Source: an uncultured Candidatus Saccharibacteria bacterium (GTDB lineage: Bacteria > Patescibacteriota > Minisyncoccia > JAHISW01 > Tagabacteraceae). From it: a stretch of DNA of 64,000 nucleotides. The position numbers were made by a program, and so were the translations under genes. The stretch covers positions 135,450-199,449 of the forward strand of contig CAZRMW010000001.1 of NCBI GenBank assembly GCA_964601305.1, in the 5' to 3' direction. A model generated the notes under the pieces. The model had not been told where the DNA came from. It saw nothing but the letters and a program-made list of their open reading frames with translations, and ran no database searches. This document shows, in pieces, positions 1 to 9,822 of this stretch (the first letter of the stretch is position 1; each line of letters opens with the position of its first letter).

Positions 1-1
1 T

Positions 2-910
2 TAACTCTTTGTCTCCATAATGTTTTAAGTATTCTTTCCATATTCCTTCGCAGTAATCAAACAGTTTGCACCCCTTACACCGCTCCGTTTTTTCGCGCCC
101 CACAACTTTTCTAGAATTTTCGACATCTAAGTTCTCAAAATCTGGCGCCAGATGTTCAGTTTCAAATGTTTGCACCTCTCTAAGTTCACTTACATTTGTT
201 AAATAATTTTTAAAATGACAAAGCGGTACATACCTAATATTCCAAAAAAAATTGCCCTCTTCGGATTCGGACGAGTTTTTTGTTAAATCTAGACACTTTT
301 TAACATAAGGCGCCACTTTAGATATTTTAGGAACTAATTTTTTAAAATTATCGTGCGCTCCCCCGTAGTTTGGGTCTACAAAAATAAACTCCGAAGTTTT
401 TATATTATTATCTAAAATAAACTGCCCTATTTTTGGTAGAAATTTATAGTTTTGTTTTACAATAGTTGTGTTAGAACCAATTTTTTTAAAGCCACATCTT
501 TTAAAATTTTCTAATCCCTTTTGAAGTTGACTAAAACTTCCCTTTGATTGAGTTAATAAATCGTGTAATTTAGAACTATGTCCATGGATAGAAAAAATAA
601 CATCGGTAAGACCTGCATTTATAGCTTTTCTGGTGTATTCAAGATACGAAAACATTCTCCCATTTGTAGCCATAGAGATAGTTTCAAACTTTAATCCCCG
701 AGCAAAACTTATAAGATCAAAAACATCTGGCCTTATTGTAGTTTCTCCTCCAATAAATTCGATATACGAAGTGCCTCTTTTTTTTGCTTCTTTCATTTCT
801 CTTTTTATTTCCTGGGTTGTTTTATTTCTTAAATCTCTTTTGTTTGAATCTATACAAAAAGAGCACTGATTGTTGCACTTATAACCAGTAATGATCACTG
901 TTTTTTTTAT
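2..910 (-). CDS. Radical SAM protein, HxsC4-like; 3'-truncated by the window edge and absent from the ORF track
   Basis: Manual translation: IKKTVIITGYKCNNQCSFCIDS...FIGGETTIR...ATNGRMFSY...SIHGH...YVPLC...CKGCKLFDYCEGIWKEYLKHYGDKEL. The frame is open to position 2. The start is ATA at 910 or GTG at 898. Confidence 0.85.
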   Translation of the reverse strand, partial: MKKTVIITGYKCNNQCSFCIDSNKRDLRNKTTQEIKREMKEAKKRGTSYIEFIGGETTIRPDVFDLISFARGLKFETISMATNGRMFSYLEYTRKAINAGLTDVIFSIHGHSSKLHDLLTQSKGSFSQLQKGLENFKRCGFKKIGSNTTIVKQNYKFLPKIGQFILDNNIKTSEFIFVDPNYGGAHDNFKKLVPKISKVAPYVKKCLDLTKNSSESEEGNFFWNIRYVPLCHFKNYLTNVSELREVQTFETEHLAPDFENLDVENSRKVVGREKTERCKGCKLFDYCEGIWKEYLKHYGDKEL

Positions 911-911
911 T

Positions 912-1760
912 TTAGAGTTTAAATTCTTCCTCGCCATAAAGATTTAAGTAATCCTTGCTAATGCCACCACAGCTTGTTTTATGTTTACAATTCTTACATA
1001 ATTTTATTTTTGTTTTTTGTAGATTTTCTTCAAGACACGGAAAAGCAAGCTCTCGATACTCTTTTGGAAAAACGCACGCAGGGTATTCTACAAACAAAAA
1101 CTTCACACCACTATGTTTATCTTGGCATTTTATTAGAGCTGGGACAACATCGCTCATCTTGGCAACCATTTTTTTAGAGGACCCAATCTTCTTATTTATA
1201 GGCATTATATGCCCTATATTTATTTCTACTACGCCAAGGCCAACAAAAAAACTTACTATTTCGTAAAGTTGTTTAAGATTTTTTTGAGTAACCATAATAT
1301 TAACAACCAAACTTGTTTCTAGTTTTTTATACAAAAGAATATTTTTTATTCCAGCAAGAGTTTGCTCAAAACTATTTTTGTCCAAAGTGTGCATGTCGTG
1401 CATTTTTGCACTATTTCCCATTACAGTAATTACAATTTGATCCGATCCACTTTTGAGAGCATTTTTAGCAAAATTTTTATAAGCAAACATTCTGCCATTT
1501 GTAGTAATACTAATATTCTTAAAATCCAATTTTTTTGCGTACAAAATAAGCTCAAAAATATCTTTGCGCAAAGTTGGCTCTTGCCCCATAAAGTTTATAA
1601 AATCAAAATTCTCTCTTATCAGTTTCATTTCTCTTTTAATCTCTGCAGTCGTTTTTTGTGAAAATTTTCTATCTGCTTCAAAACAAAAAATACACCGGTT
1701 GTTGCACACATAGCCAGCATAAACAAAAGGGCTCTTGCCTACTGTGTAATAATTATCCAT
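912..1760 (-). CDS. Radical SAM protein, HxsC4-like
   Basis: CNNRCIFC, GQEPT (variant of GGEP), TNGRMF, YPAC, C-terminal CKNCKHKTSCGG-x4-Y-x3-YG. Confidence 0.85.
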   Translation of the reverse strand: MDNYYTVGKSPFVYAGYVCNNRCIFCFEADRKFSQKTTAEIKREMKLIRENFDFINFMGQEPTLRKDIFELILYAKKLDFKNISITTNGRMFAYKNFAKNALKSGSDQIVITVMGNSAKMHDMHTLDKNSFEQTLAGIKNILLYKKLETSLVVNIMVTQKNLKQLYEIVSFFVGLGVVEINIGHIMPINKKIGSSKKMVAKMSDVVPALIKCQDKHSGVKFLFVEYPACVFPKEYRELAFPCLEENLQKTKIKLCKNCKHKTSCGGISKDYLNLYGEEEFKL

Positions 1761-3636
1761 GTTTTAGTTCTTTTATTTCTTTATCCCCCTTTTTTTTAAA
1801 ATAAGGTTTTGCTAAACCGCCACATTTATCAAAGTATACACAACTCTTACAAACCTTGGGTTTTATTTTGTATTTATCTTCGTATATGTATCCCTTCTTT
1901 GTTTTACTTTTGGAAACACGCTCTGGACCAAACCCTTTTTGATTTATATCTTCATATCTGTTTTGAGGAGTGAAAAAAGTTATATTTTTTATATCGAAAA
2001 CTTCTGGTTCAAAAATACAAAAAGGAAAATCAAAAATATCTACCTTATCAAAATGTTTGGAAAATTCTGATATTTTTTTAAACCCCAAAGATAAATCCTT
2101 ATACCCCACAGCTATATTGTTGTAAGCGCTAGTTCCCCTGCCATCTGGAAGAAGTTCTAAAAGATGCCATTCTCCAACACCCAAATCTCTTAAAAAATCT
2201 GCCATCTCCAAAAGATGTTTGTAGTTCATTTTCGAAACAACTGTATTTATTATTACTTTCACTTTTGGATTTTTAATAGCGTTTTTAACCCCCGAAAGAC
2301 ATTGCTTAAAAGAGCCTGGCGTTCTTGTCATTCCATCGTGCAGCACTTTTTTGTGCCCATGAAGAGAAAAATTTATAACCCGAAGACCTTCATCAACACC
2401 TTTTTTAAGAAAATAATCGTAGCCAAACAACCGACCATTTGTGGTTAATCGAATATCGTCAAAACCTATTTTTTTTGCCCCCGAAACAAGATTAAAAAAA
2501 TCTGATCGTATACTCACCTCTCCACCAATAAATTCTATTATTCTATATCCATCTTTATAGGCTTGTTTTACATCTTCTAATATTTCTTTTGTGCTTCTGT
2601 TTATATTTCTGTCTGAAACTGTTGTACAAAAAACGCAATTATTATTACACGACCAACCAGTAACCGCCAAAAAAACTTCTCCTTTGTTTTCAGTTTCTGT
2701 TTTTTTTCTGCTGACAACAGGTTTTAGTTCATCTGCCCCGTAGATTGAAACATAATCTTTCCAAAGTCCTCCACATCTATCGTCAAAAAAACATTTCTCA
2801 CAAACAGATGATTTTATTTTTGTTTTTTTATGAAATTTTTTAGAAGCAAGTTGATATCTTGTATTTTGATTTGCATCAACAAGACCAACATTTTCCGGCT
2901 GATCTAATTCTTGTTGATCAAGTAAAACATCTTCATATTCACTTAAAAAACACAGCGGCACCGTACCACACGTACTTAAAGAAAAATTTATTTTTTTCTT
3001 TTTGCATAAATCTAGAGCCTCTTTTAAATATGGTTCTACCTTCGAGAGTTTTGGAAAAATATCCTTATTCTTTAGAGCTGCGCCAGCAGGATAAATAAAA
3101 GAAAAAGTAATATTTTTTATTTTAGGAAAATTTTTATCAACAAATTTCACAAAGTCTGGCAAATACTCATAATTGTATCTAGAAATAATATGGTACAAAG
3201 AAACATCTTTACATTCACAAGACAGCAAGTTCTCTATTCCTTTTATTGTTTTATCAAAAGAATTTTTCGTGCCAGTAATTTTTTCCGAAATATTTTTTTT
3301 GTGTGAATGAAGCGACACTGAAAAAGATGCAGGCAATAATTTTTTTACCAAACCCCTATCTGCCAAAGAAACTCCGTTGGTTAAAATGTTAATTTTTTTA
3401 AAGCCCAGACCCACGGCAAAACCAACAAGCTCTTTGAGGTCCTTTCTCAGGGTCGGTTCTCCGCCGTCGAAGTAAATTTCATCATATCCTTCTTTTGCCT
3501 TTTTTTCTAAAATTTTTTTAGATTGACTCGTATTTAGAAGCTTGATTTTTGGCTCATCGCCCCCCCGCGCACAAAACAAGCACTTTTGATTGCAATTTCC
3601 TAAACTAGCAAAATATATTTTTTTTGTACTTTTCAT
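1753..3636 (-). CDS. Tandem double radical SAM protein (two HxsC4-like domains)
   Basis: Two full motif sets: CNQKCLFC/GGEP/PLC/CEKCFFDDRCGG and CNNNCVFC/GGEV/PFC/CKSCVYFDKCGG. Confidence 0.88.
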   Translation of the reverse strand: MKSTKKIYFASLGNCNQKCLFCARGGDEPKIKLLNTSQSKKILEKKAKEGYDEIYFDGGEPTLRKDLKELVGFAVGLGFKKINILTNGVSLADRGLVKKLLPASFSVSLHSHKKNISEKITGTKNSFDKTIKGIENLLSCECKDVSLYHIISRYNYEYLPDFVKFVDKNFPKIKNITFSFIYPAGAALKNKDIFPKLSKVEPYLKEALDLCKKKKINFSLSTCGTVPLCFLSEYEDVLLDQQELDQPENVGLVDANQNTRYQLASKKFHKKTKIKSSVCEKCFFDDRCGGLWKDYVSIYGADELKPVVSRKKTETENKGEVFLAVTGWSCNNNCVFCTTVSDRNINRSTKEILEDVKQAYKDGYRIIEFIGGEVSIRSDFFNLVSGAKKIGFDDIRLTTNGRLFGYDYFLKKGVDEGLRVINFSLHGHKKVLHDGMTRTPGSFKQCLSGVKNAIKNPKVKVIINTVVSKMNYKHLLEMADFLRDLGVGEWHLLELLPDGRGTSAYNNIAVGYKDLSLGFKKISEFSKHFDKVDIFDFPFCIFEPEVFDIKNITFFTPQNRYEDINQKGFGPERVSKSKTKKGYIYEDKYKIKPKVCKSCVYFDKCGGLAKPYFKKKGDKEIKELKHG

Positions 3637-3637
3637 T

Positions 3638-4534
3638 TTATTTTTTTACTGGAACAAATTCGCTCCAACCATAAAGCTCTGGGTATTCTTTCCATGGACC
3701 TTCGCAAACTTTAAAGTATTTACATTTTTTACAATTTGGCCCTTTTGTTTTTCCTTTTGACACTCTGTATTTTGAATAATCTTTCACTGCAAATCCAGCG
3801 TCGTATATGCTAGTTTCTGGAATAAAATTTTCAGCAATACAATTTTCGTAGCCCCCCATTAGACAATACGGTATAGCTTCTGTAGAGACAATTTTACCTG
3901 CCTTAATGCCTATATCCAAAGCTTTTTTCACAAAAGGCATTATTTCTGATTTTTTAGGAGTGATCCATTCTCTATTTTCCCAAGCCGTACCACCCAAATG
4001 AATAAAGGCAAATTGGAACTGATTTACCCCTAATTTGGTGAAAACCTTAGCCATTTTCACCAAATACCTATAATTTTTCGAGGTAATCACCGAATTTGTC
4101 AAAACATATTGCCCCAAATCCTTTAAGTTTTCTATACCCCGCAAAGTCTGTTTAAAGCTTCCTTTTGCTCCCGTTAAAAAATCATGTATCTCAGCTGTAT
4201 GGCCATGAAGAGAGGGGGAAAATTCTGTCGCCCCCGCATCAACAGCCCTCCTGCAAAAATCTTTATACGCAAACATCCTACCATTTGTCTGAATTTGAAT
4301 TTGTTTAAATCCAATATCTCTAGCTAAAGAAATAACTTTTAAAATATCTGGGTGCATACATGGCTCCCCTCCTGTAAAAACAACTTCTCTTTTTCCTTCA
4401 GCAAAAGATTCTTTTAGGGACTTTTCTATTTCTTTTATATCCTTGTTCGCGCGAAAATCTCGCTTCTTGCCCTGCACACAAAACAAGCAATAATTATTAC
4501 ACCCAAAACCTATTTTTATATCTACTCGTTCCAT
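3638..4534 (-). CDS. His-Xaa-Ser system radical SAM protein HxsC4-like
   Basis: RVDIKIGFGCNNYCLFCVQG, TGGEP, QTNGRMF, EAIPYC, CKKCKYFKVCEGPW; Hxs cluster context. Confidence 0.85.
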   Translation of the reverse strand: MERVDIKIGFGCNNYCLFCVQGKKRDFRANKDIKEIEKSLKESFAEGKREVVFTGGEPCMHPDILKVISLARDIGFKQIQIQTNGRMFAYKDFCRRAVDAGATEFSPSLHGHTAEIHDFLTGAKGSFKQTLRGIENLKDLGQYVLTNSVITSKNYRYLVKMAKVFTKLGVNQFQFAFIHLGGTAWENREWITPKKSEIMPFVKKALDIGIKAGKIVSTEAIPYCLMGGYENCIAENFIPETSIYDAGFAVKDYSKYRVSKGKTKGPNCKKCKYFKVCEGPWKEYPELYGWSEFVPVKK

Positions 4535-4535
4535 A

Positions 4536-5654
4536 TTAATTTTTAAAATATTTTTCTTCCCAAACCAAGTCCTGATGTTTTTTAAAAAATTCAGGATTTT
4601 CTAGCTTTTTATAATACTTATAGCACTGCACGTCTGGAACAAAAAGTTTGCCAGCATAACAGTATTTTACACAAGGCGCCCCACCAAAACAAAGGTCGAA
4701 ATTACTACATTTTTTACAAAAAATATGCGCATTGTTTAAATTTCTTAAATCTGCCAATTTTTCTGATCCGAAATAAACATCTTTCATTGTATCTTTCTTT
4801 ATATTTCCCAATTTTATAGGAAGCCTTCTGCAAGGATAAATATCCCCATTTGGCATAATCACCATTATTCTCCCCTCTATTATTCCACAATAATTTTTTA
4901 TGGATAGTTCGCCCATCTCAGAGTTAAATAGGCCACTTTCACATCCTGTGCTTATTCTGAGAGAACTTTTCTCTTTAATTAAACTTTTATTGGCTTCTAA
5001 AACCTGCCTATAAAAATTTTTAAGTTCTTTTGGTTCTAAAATGCTATTTTTAAGTTTTTTCCCTCTTCCCCAAGAAATAGGCCTCCTTACCCCCAATGTC
5101 GATACCCCCATACCACCTAGTCTTTTTGCTAGAGCAGGAACATCTTTTATATTTTCTTTTGTTAAGGTTAGCGAAACCACAGTTTTTATGTTTGCATCCA
5201 CCAACATTTCTATTGCTTTTAAAATTTTTTTAAAAGATCCTTTGCCTCTAATTTTATCGTTAGTTTTTTCTTCTCCCTCTAGGCTTACTTGACAAGCTAC
5301 AATATTATAATCCTTCAGCTTTTTTATATTTTTTTTTGTTAAAAGAGATCCGTTTGTAAGAAGTGCCCACTCAAATAAATCCACATTATCACCAAGACTC
5401 CTCGCAAAATTTAGAAAATCTTTTCTTATCATTGGCTCCCCTCCTGTAATATTTATCCTGGCAAATTTTTTGGACAACCCCCATTTCTTGATTAAAAAAA
5501 TGTACTGATTTAAAACCTTCGCAAGCTCCTTCCTAGACATTTCCTTTTTTATAAAATCTTTGTTTTGATAACAGTGCCCACACCTCCAGTTGCACCTTTC
5601 TGTAATGTGCCACTGCAAAGTAAAAGAAGTAGGTTTTAAAATTTTATTAGACAT
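4536..5654 (-). CDS. Radical SAM/SPASM peptide-maturase-like protein
   Basis: CNWRCGHC, TGGEP, SPASM cysteines (YCG...GDIYPC...CKKCSNFDLCFGGAPC...QC). Confidence 0.88.
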   Translation of the reverse strand: MSNKILKPTSFTLQWHITERCNWRCGHCYQNKDFIKKEMSRKELAKVLNQYIFLIKKWGLSKKFARINITGGEPMIRKDFLNFARSLGDNVDLFEWALLTNGSLLTKKNIKKLKDYNIVACQVSLEGEEKTNDKIRGKGSFKKILKAIEMLVDANIKTVVSLTLTKENIKDVPALAKRLGGMGVSTLGVRRPISWGRGKKLKNSILEPKELKNFYRQVLEANKSLIKEKSSLRISTGCESGLFNSEMGELSIKNYCGIIEGRIMVIMPNGDIYPCRRLPIKLGNIKKDTMKDVYFGSEKLADLRNLNNAHIFCKKCSNFDLCFGGAPCVKYCYAGKLFVPDVQCYKYYKKLENPEFFKKHQDLVWEEKYFKN

Positions 5655-7015
5655 TAAAGATTCTTTTTATTAGCTAGTGGATCTTTTTTGAAATAATCAC
5701 CATAAAACACCTTGGACGCTTGCCTACTTCCTCCTTTGCATTTAGAAACAAAAAAACATTTTTTGCATTCTTCTGGCAAATAATTTAAACTGCGGATTTT
5801 TTTTAGAAATTTATTTTTCCATACTTTTAGCACACTTGAAGTATCTCCTAAATTTTCATCGATAAAATAATGTGGTTTGTAAAACCCTCTCGGATCGACA
5901 ACAATTCTTGAATGTCCGTCGTCGGCAGTTGCGCCAACAGAAATACTACTCAATTTATTTGTATCTTTAATTGCACAAAAAGGAAGAGAGTTAGCTAAAG
6001 CAATAGGCATATCTAGTGTTTTTCTTATTTTAAAAATTTTTTCTACAAAAACTTTTACTAATTTAGAGTCTAAGATATTTTCTCCCGATATAGGAATTGG
6101 CCTATAAAACTCCCACTCATCAATGGGAAGTTTTTCAATAAAATCAGCCATATTTTCAAGATTTAAAATATTTTCTTTTGTAAGCACTGTGCCAACACGA
6201 ACAGTTTTTATTCCACTTTCTTTCAAAAATTTTATAGAGATTTCTTTCTTTTTTAAAACCCCTTTTCCTCCTGTAATTATATCCTCTTTTTGGGGTAAAT
6301 AATTTTCTATTGGGATTAAAATGTTGTCGACAAGTTTTGCTAAATTGTCTGCCATGGCTTTGTTTACCAAAATTCCATTTGTGTTTAGCCTTACTTCATC
6401 AAATCCCCTATTTTTTGCATACTTAAGAATTTTAAAAATATCTTTTCGTAAAAGAGGCTCCCCTCCAGTAAACCTGACTGTTTTTATTTTTGAACTATAG
6501 ACATCGTCTATAATTTTTTTTGTTTTCTCAAAACCCAACCGGGGAGACTTTTCTCTTCCACAAGAGGCAAAGGAAATTTTATTAAAACAAAAATTACACC
6601 TTAGATTACACTTTGGCTCTATTTCTATCATTACTTCTGTAGGTAAATCCAAAATAGGACTAAAGCCATTCTCCCTATAGTATTTCAAGTATCCCTTCGG
6701 GAATCCTCCACAAGATTTGTCCCACTTACATTTTTTGCAACTTTTCCCTTTATCTCCAGAAAAATTATCAAAAACGATATGGTCAAGAGAATTTGAAGAA
6801 ACCAAGCAATATGGAAAATTCTTTAAAATAATTTTTATCTTGCTTTCATATTTATTTAAAAGATTGTAAATAGATTCGAGAAGTTCTGGAAAAGACGGTA
6901 AATCAAGCAAGTTTTCTGCCAAAATAATTTCTAAGTTTTCTGATCTACTTTCAACAGCAATCTTCGCCAAAGAATCTATTGTTGAATAGTTTTGTTTGTC
7001 TATTTTATATTTCAT
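5654..7015 (-). CDS. Radical SAM/SPASM protein with extra N-terminal HxsC4-like Cys module
   Basis: N-terminal NFPYC...CKKCKWDKSCGG, then CNLRCNFC, TGGEP and C-terminal CKKCFFVSKCKGG. Confidence 0.85.
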   Translation of the reverse strand: MKYKIDKQNYSTIDSLAKIAVESRSENLEIILAENLLDLPSFPELLESIYNLLNKYESKIKIILKNFPYCLVSSNSLDHIVFDNFSGDKGKSCKKCKWDKSCGGFPKGYLKYYRENGFSPILDLPTEVMIEIEPKCNLRCNFCFNKISFASCGREKSPRLGFEKTKKIIDDVYSSKIKTVRFTGGEPLLRKDIFKILKYAKNRGFDEVRLNTNGILVNKAMADNLAKLVDNILIPIENYLPQKEDIITGGKGVLKKKEISIKFLKESGIKTVRVGTVLTKENILNLENMADFIEKLPIDEWEFYRPIPISGENILDSKLVKVFVEKIFKIRKTLDMPIALANSLPFCAIKDTNKLSSISVGATADDGHSRIVVDPRGFYKPHYFIDENLGDTSSVLKVWKNKFLKKIRSLNYLPEECKKCFFVSKCKGGSRQASKVFYGDYFKKDPLANKKNL

Positions 7016-7629
7016 TTTCTCAAAACTCTAAAGTTTTCTTCATCAATAATTTCTACAACAGTAGAAGGTCTCTTTTTAGGCAACTCGCCAACATCCAAAA
7101 TTAATATATCTGAGGGAAAATTATTTTCCTCTCCAAATTGATTTAACAGCTCCTCTACGCTATAACACACCTCCCTACCAGATAAATTGGCGCTAGTTCC
7201 CACAAGTGGATTATTCAATTTAGAAAGTAGTTTTAAATAAAAAATATTTCTAGGAATTTGTATACCAATTGTTTTTAATCCAGGATTTAGACTAATAGGT
7301 ACGTTGTCTTTCCTTGGTACAATAAATGTAAATATTTTTTCTTGTTTTTTTTGAAGTATTCTTTCAACCAAAAAACTTGCCTTTCCATAAGTATTAAACT
7401 CTTCTACATTTTTGACTGTTATAAAAAAGGGCTTACTATAATCCCTGTTTTTAAACTGATAAATTTTTTTTATTGCATCTTCATTGTTCATATCGGCACC
7501 TATGCCATAGCAAGAATCTGTAGGATGCACAATAAGACCCCCTCTCTCTATCACCCCAATCGAAGCTTTTATTGCTTCATTTACTTCTTTCTCGTTTTCT
7601 TGATTTATTTTTAAAATTTCCATACTCAT
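7012..7629 (-). CDS. YrdC/Sua5 (TsaC-family) threonylcarbamoyl-AMP synthase-like protein
   Basis: PTDSCYGIG, KNR...KP, GTSANLSG, PSTVV motifs. ATG at 7629 lies 1 nt after the upstream stop. Confidence 0.85.
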   Translation of the reverse strand: MSMEILKINQENEKEVNEAIKASIGVIERGGLIVHPTDSCYGIGADMNNEDAIKKIYQFKNRDYSKPFFITVKNVEEFNTYGKASFLVERILQKKQEKIFTFIVPRKDNVPISLNPGLKTIGIQIPRNIFYLKLLSKLNNPLVGTSANLSGREVCYSVEELLNQFGEENNFPSDILILDVGELPKKRPSTVVEIIDEENFRVLRK

Positions 7630-7630
7630 A

Positions 7631-8668
7631 TCAAAGTGTAATGTTAGGCTCAAAATTTTTGAATTTTATTTTGTATTTATTTTGGTAATAGGCCAAGCAT
7701 CCAATCATTGCAGCATTATCTAACCTATATTCTTTTTTTGTTGGCTTTCTTAAAATAATTTCACCCCTTATTTTATTTTTGATTTTTTTGTACAAATCTT
7801 TGTTTTGAGAAAGTCCACCAACTAAATGAACCTCTTTTGCTTTCTTTTTTTTAGCTAGCAAAACTATTTTTTCAGAAAGTATTTCGTTTAATGATTCTTG
7901 AAAACTTGCTGCCACGTCTCTGGCAAAAGATCTGCTAATCCTTCCTGTTTTTCTTTTTTCTACCTCTATAAAAAGTTTAATTTGCTTTAAGAAATTAAAA
8001 AAGTTTAAATCTGTCAAATCTCCTTTGTAATACTTTTTGAAATTATATTTACAGGGATCCCCTTGCTCCATAATCTTTATAGCATTTTTAATTCCATCTA
8101 CATCGTCTCTGGAGGGCTTAACAACCCCTAAACTCTTTCCAACTGCCCTAAAAATTTTTCCAACACCTATAAAAGTTTTTATTCCGGCAATTTTTTTAGT
8201 TTCCACACTTCCACAAAGAGATTCGAAACTCTTTATATTTTTGATCAACGCAAAATCGCTATGGCTTCCAGAAGCAGAAAAAACTAATATTGGAAAATTA
8301 AAATCTTCTGGTTTTCTTTCGATCCACGAGGAATAATTGTGAGCCAAGATATGATCAACTTCCACGACGGGTTTTTTGTAAATCTTTCCCAACAACTTGG
8401 CAAACGATAATCCAACCAAAACGCAGTTATATATACCAGACTTTGAACTGACAGCAATAGCATCTATTTTATCCAAATTTATATTTTTATTATTTATATT
8501 TTTTAGCAAAAACTCTAAATGTTTTTTGGGGAGCAATTGAATAAACTCTCTCCAGCTCTTTGTTGGCAAATACCCTGAACCAGTTTTGTTAAACAAAACT
8601 TCTGTTCCATTTTCTACTATAGAAATTGCGGCACTAAAACCAGTTGTATCAATTGCTAAAATTCTCAT
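7631..8668 (-). CDS. Divergent Kae1/TsaD-family (ASKHA) carbamoyl-transfer protein
   Basis: ILAIDT, HILAH metal motif, SGSHS, AASFQ, GGLSQN, DNAAMIG; several canonical TsaD motifs are missing. Confidence 0.8.
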   Translation of the reverse strand: MRILAIDTTGFSAAISIVENGTEVLFNKTGSGYLPTKSWREFIQLLPKKHLEFLLKNINNKNINLDKIDAIAVSSKSGIYNCVLVGLSFAKLLGKIYKKPVVEVDHILAHNYSSWIERKPEDFNFPILVFSASGSHSDFALIKNIKSFESLCGSVETKKIAGIKTFIGVGKIFRAVGKSLGVVKPSRDDVDGIKNAIKIMEQGDPCKYNFKKYYKGDLTDLNFFNFLKQIKLFIEVEKRKTGRISRSFARDVAASFQESLNEILSEKIVLLAKKKKAKEVHLVGGLSQNKDLYKKIKNKIRGEIILRKPTKKEYRLDNAAMIGCLAYYQNKYKIKFKNFEPNITL

Positions 8669-9822
8669 AACAATTCTTTAACTACTTTATTTCTCTTAAT
8701 TTTTCCTAAATTTAATTTTAAAAAACTTTTTTTCATTTTCTTTGTATTTTTTAAAGCACTTTTTACTTCTTTTTTAAAAATATTTTTTGAATCTTTGTCT
8801 ACAACTCTAGCCACACCAACATTTTTTAAAAATTTTGCTCGTTCATATTGTTCTTTGCTGTCTCTGTCTAGCGGAACTAACACTGATGGCACCCTCGCCT
8901 GCACTATTTCATTACAAACATTATAGCCCGCTGTAGATATTATTAAACTAGACAAAGTAAAAAGTTCGGGTAAGTTTTTTTCAAAAGATATTAATTTTAT
9001 TTTTAGTTTTCTTCTTTTAACTTCTTTTTTAAGTTTATCTAAATATTTAAAAGAAGGCCCCACACAAATAATCATTCTTGCTTTTGTTTCTTCTTTTTTT
9101 ATTTCTTCAAAAATTTCCACAGTTCGCTTCGCTACCCAAAAAGGAGACTTGCAATTAGCATTAACTATTTCTCCTCCACCCCCCAAAGAGACGGTAATTA
9201 AAAAATCATTATTTTTTATTTTATATTTTACTCTGCATTCACTTATATTTTTTTTAGAAATACTTTTTACTATACTCCCTGAAATAAAAAATTTTTTGTC
9301 TTTTTTAATATTTTTAAATTCTTTTTTAGATAAAATTCTAGCGACCTCTTCTTCACTATGTGGAATAATAATTTTATCAAACTCACTTAAAATTTCACTT
9401 CTTTTTTTTAAAACTAATTGATACTTTTCTTTGTCAGCTAATCTAAAGATTAACACCTTTTTTATATCACCAAACTCCGAGTCTAATATTTCAAAAGGGA
9501 AAGAAAACCCAAACAAAAAAACATCAACCACTATAGTATCTGGCTTGTGTTTGTAGATAGTTTTAATAAATTTTTCTCTATTTTTTTCCTTGGTTTTTAA
9601 AATACTTTTTCTTCCTTTTTTAATTAGACCATCTGAGGCAGGAGTAAGCCGTACAAAGGAAATATTGTTTTCTTTCAAAAAATGTGGTGATTTGCTTAAA
9701 GTGGCAAACAAAATATCTGTTTTTGGTTTTTCTTTTTTAACCAAATTAGCCAAAAGAATTGATCTTCTTAAGTGCCCTAAGCCAACACTATTTGAAGCAT
9801 AAAATAAAATTTTTTTATCCAT
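8665..9822 (-). CDS. GT-B glycosyltransferase (MurG/GT28-like)
   Basis: GLGHLRR, VSLGGG, STAGYN...E, EQYERA. Confidence 0.8.
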   Translation of the reverse strand: MDKKILFYASNSVGLGHLRRSILLANLVKKEKPKTDILFATLSKSPHFLKENNISFVRLTPASDGLIKKGRKSILKTKEKNREKFIKTIYKHKPDTIVVDVFLFGFSFPFEILDSEFGDIKKVLIFRLADKEKYQLVLKKRSEILSEFDKIIIPHSEEEVARILSKKEFKNIKKDKKFFISGSIVKSISKKNISECRVKYKIKNNDFLITVSLGGGGEIVNANCKSPFWVAKRTVEIFEEIKKEETKARMIICVGPSFKYLDKLKKEVKRRKLKIKLISFEKNLPELFTLSSLIISTAGYNVCNEIVQARVPSVLVPLDRDSKEQYERAKFLKNVGVARVVDKDSKNIFKKEVKSALKNTKKMKKSFLKLNLGKIKRNKVVKELL

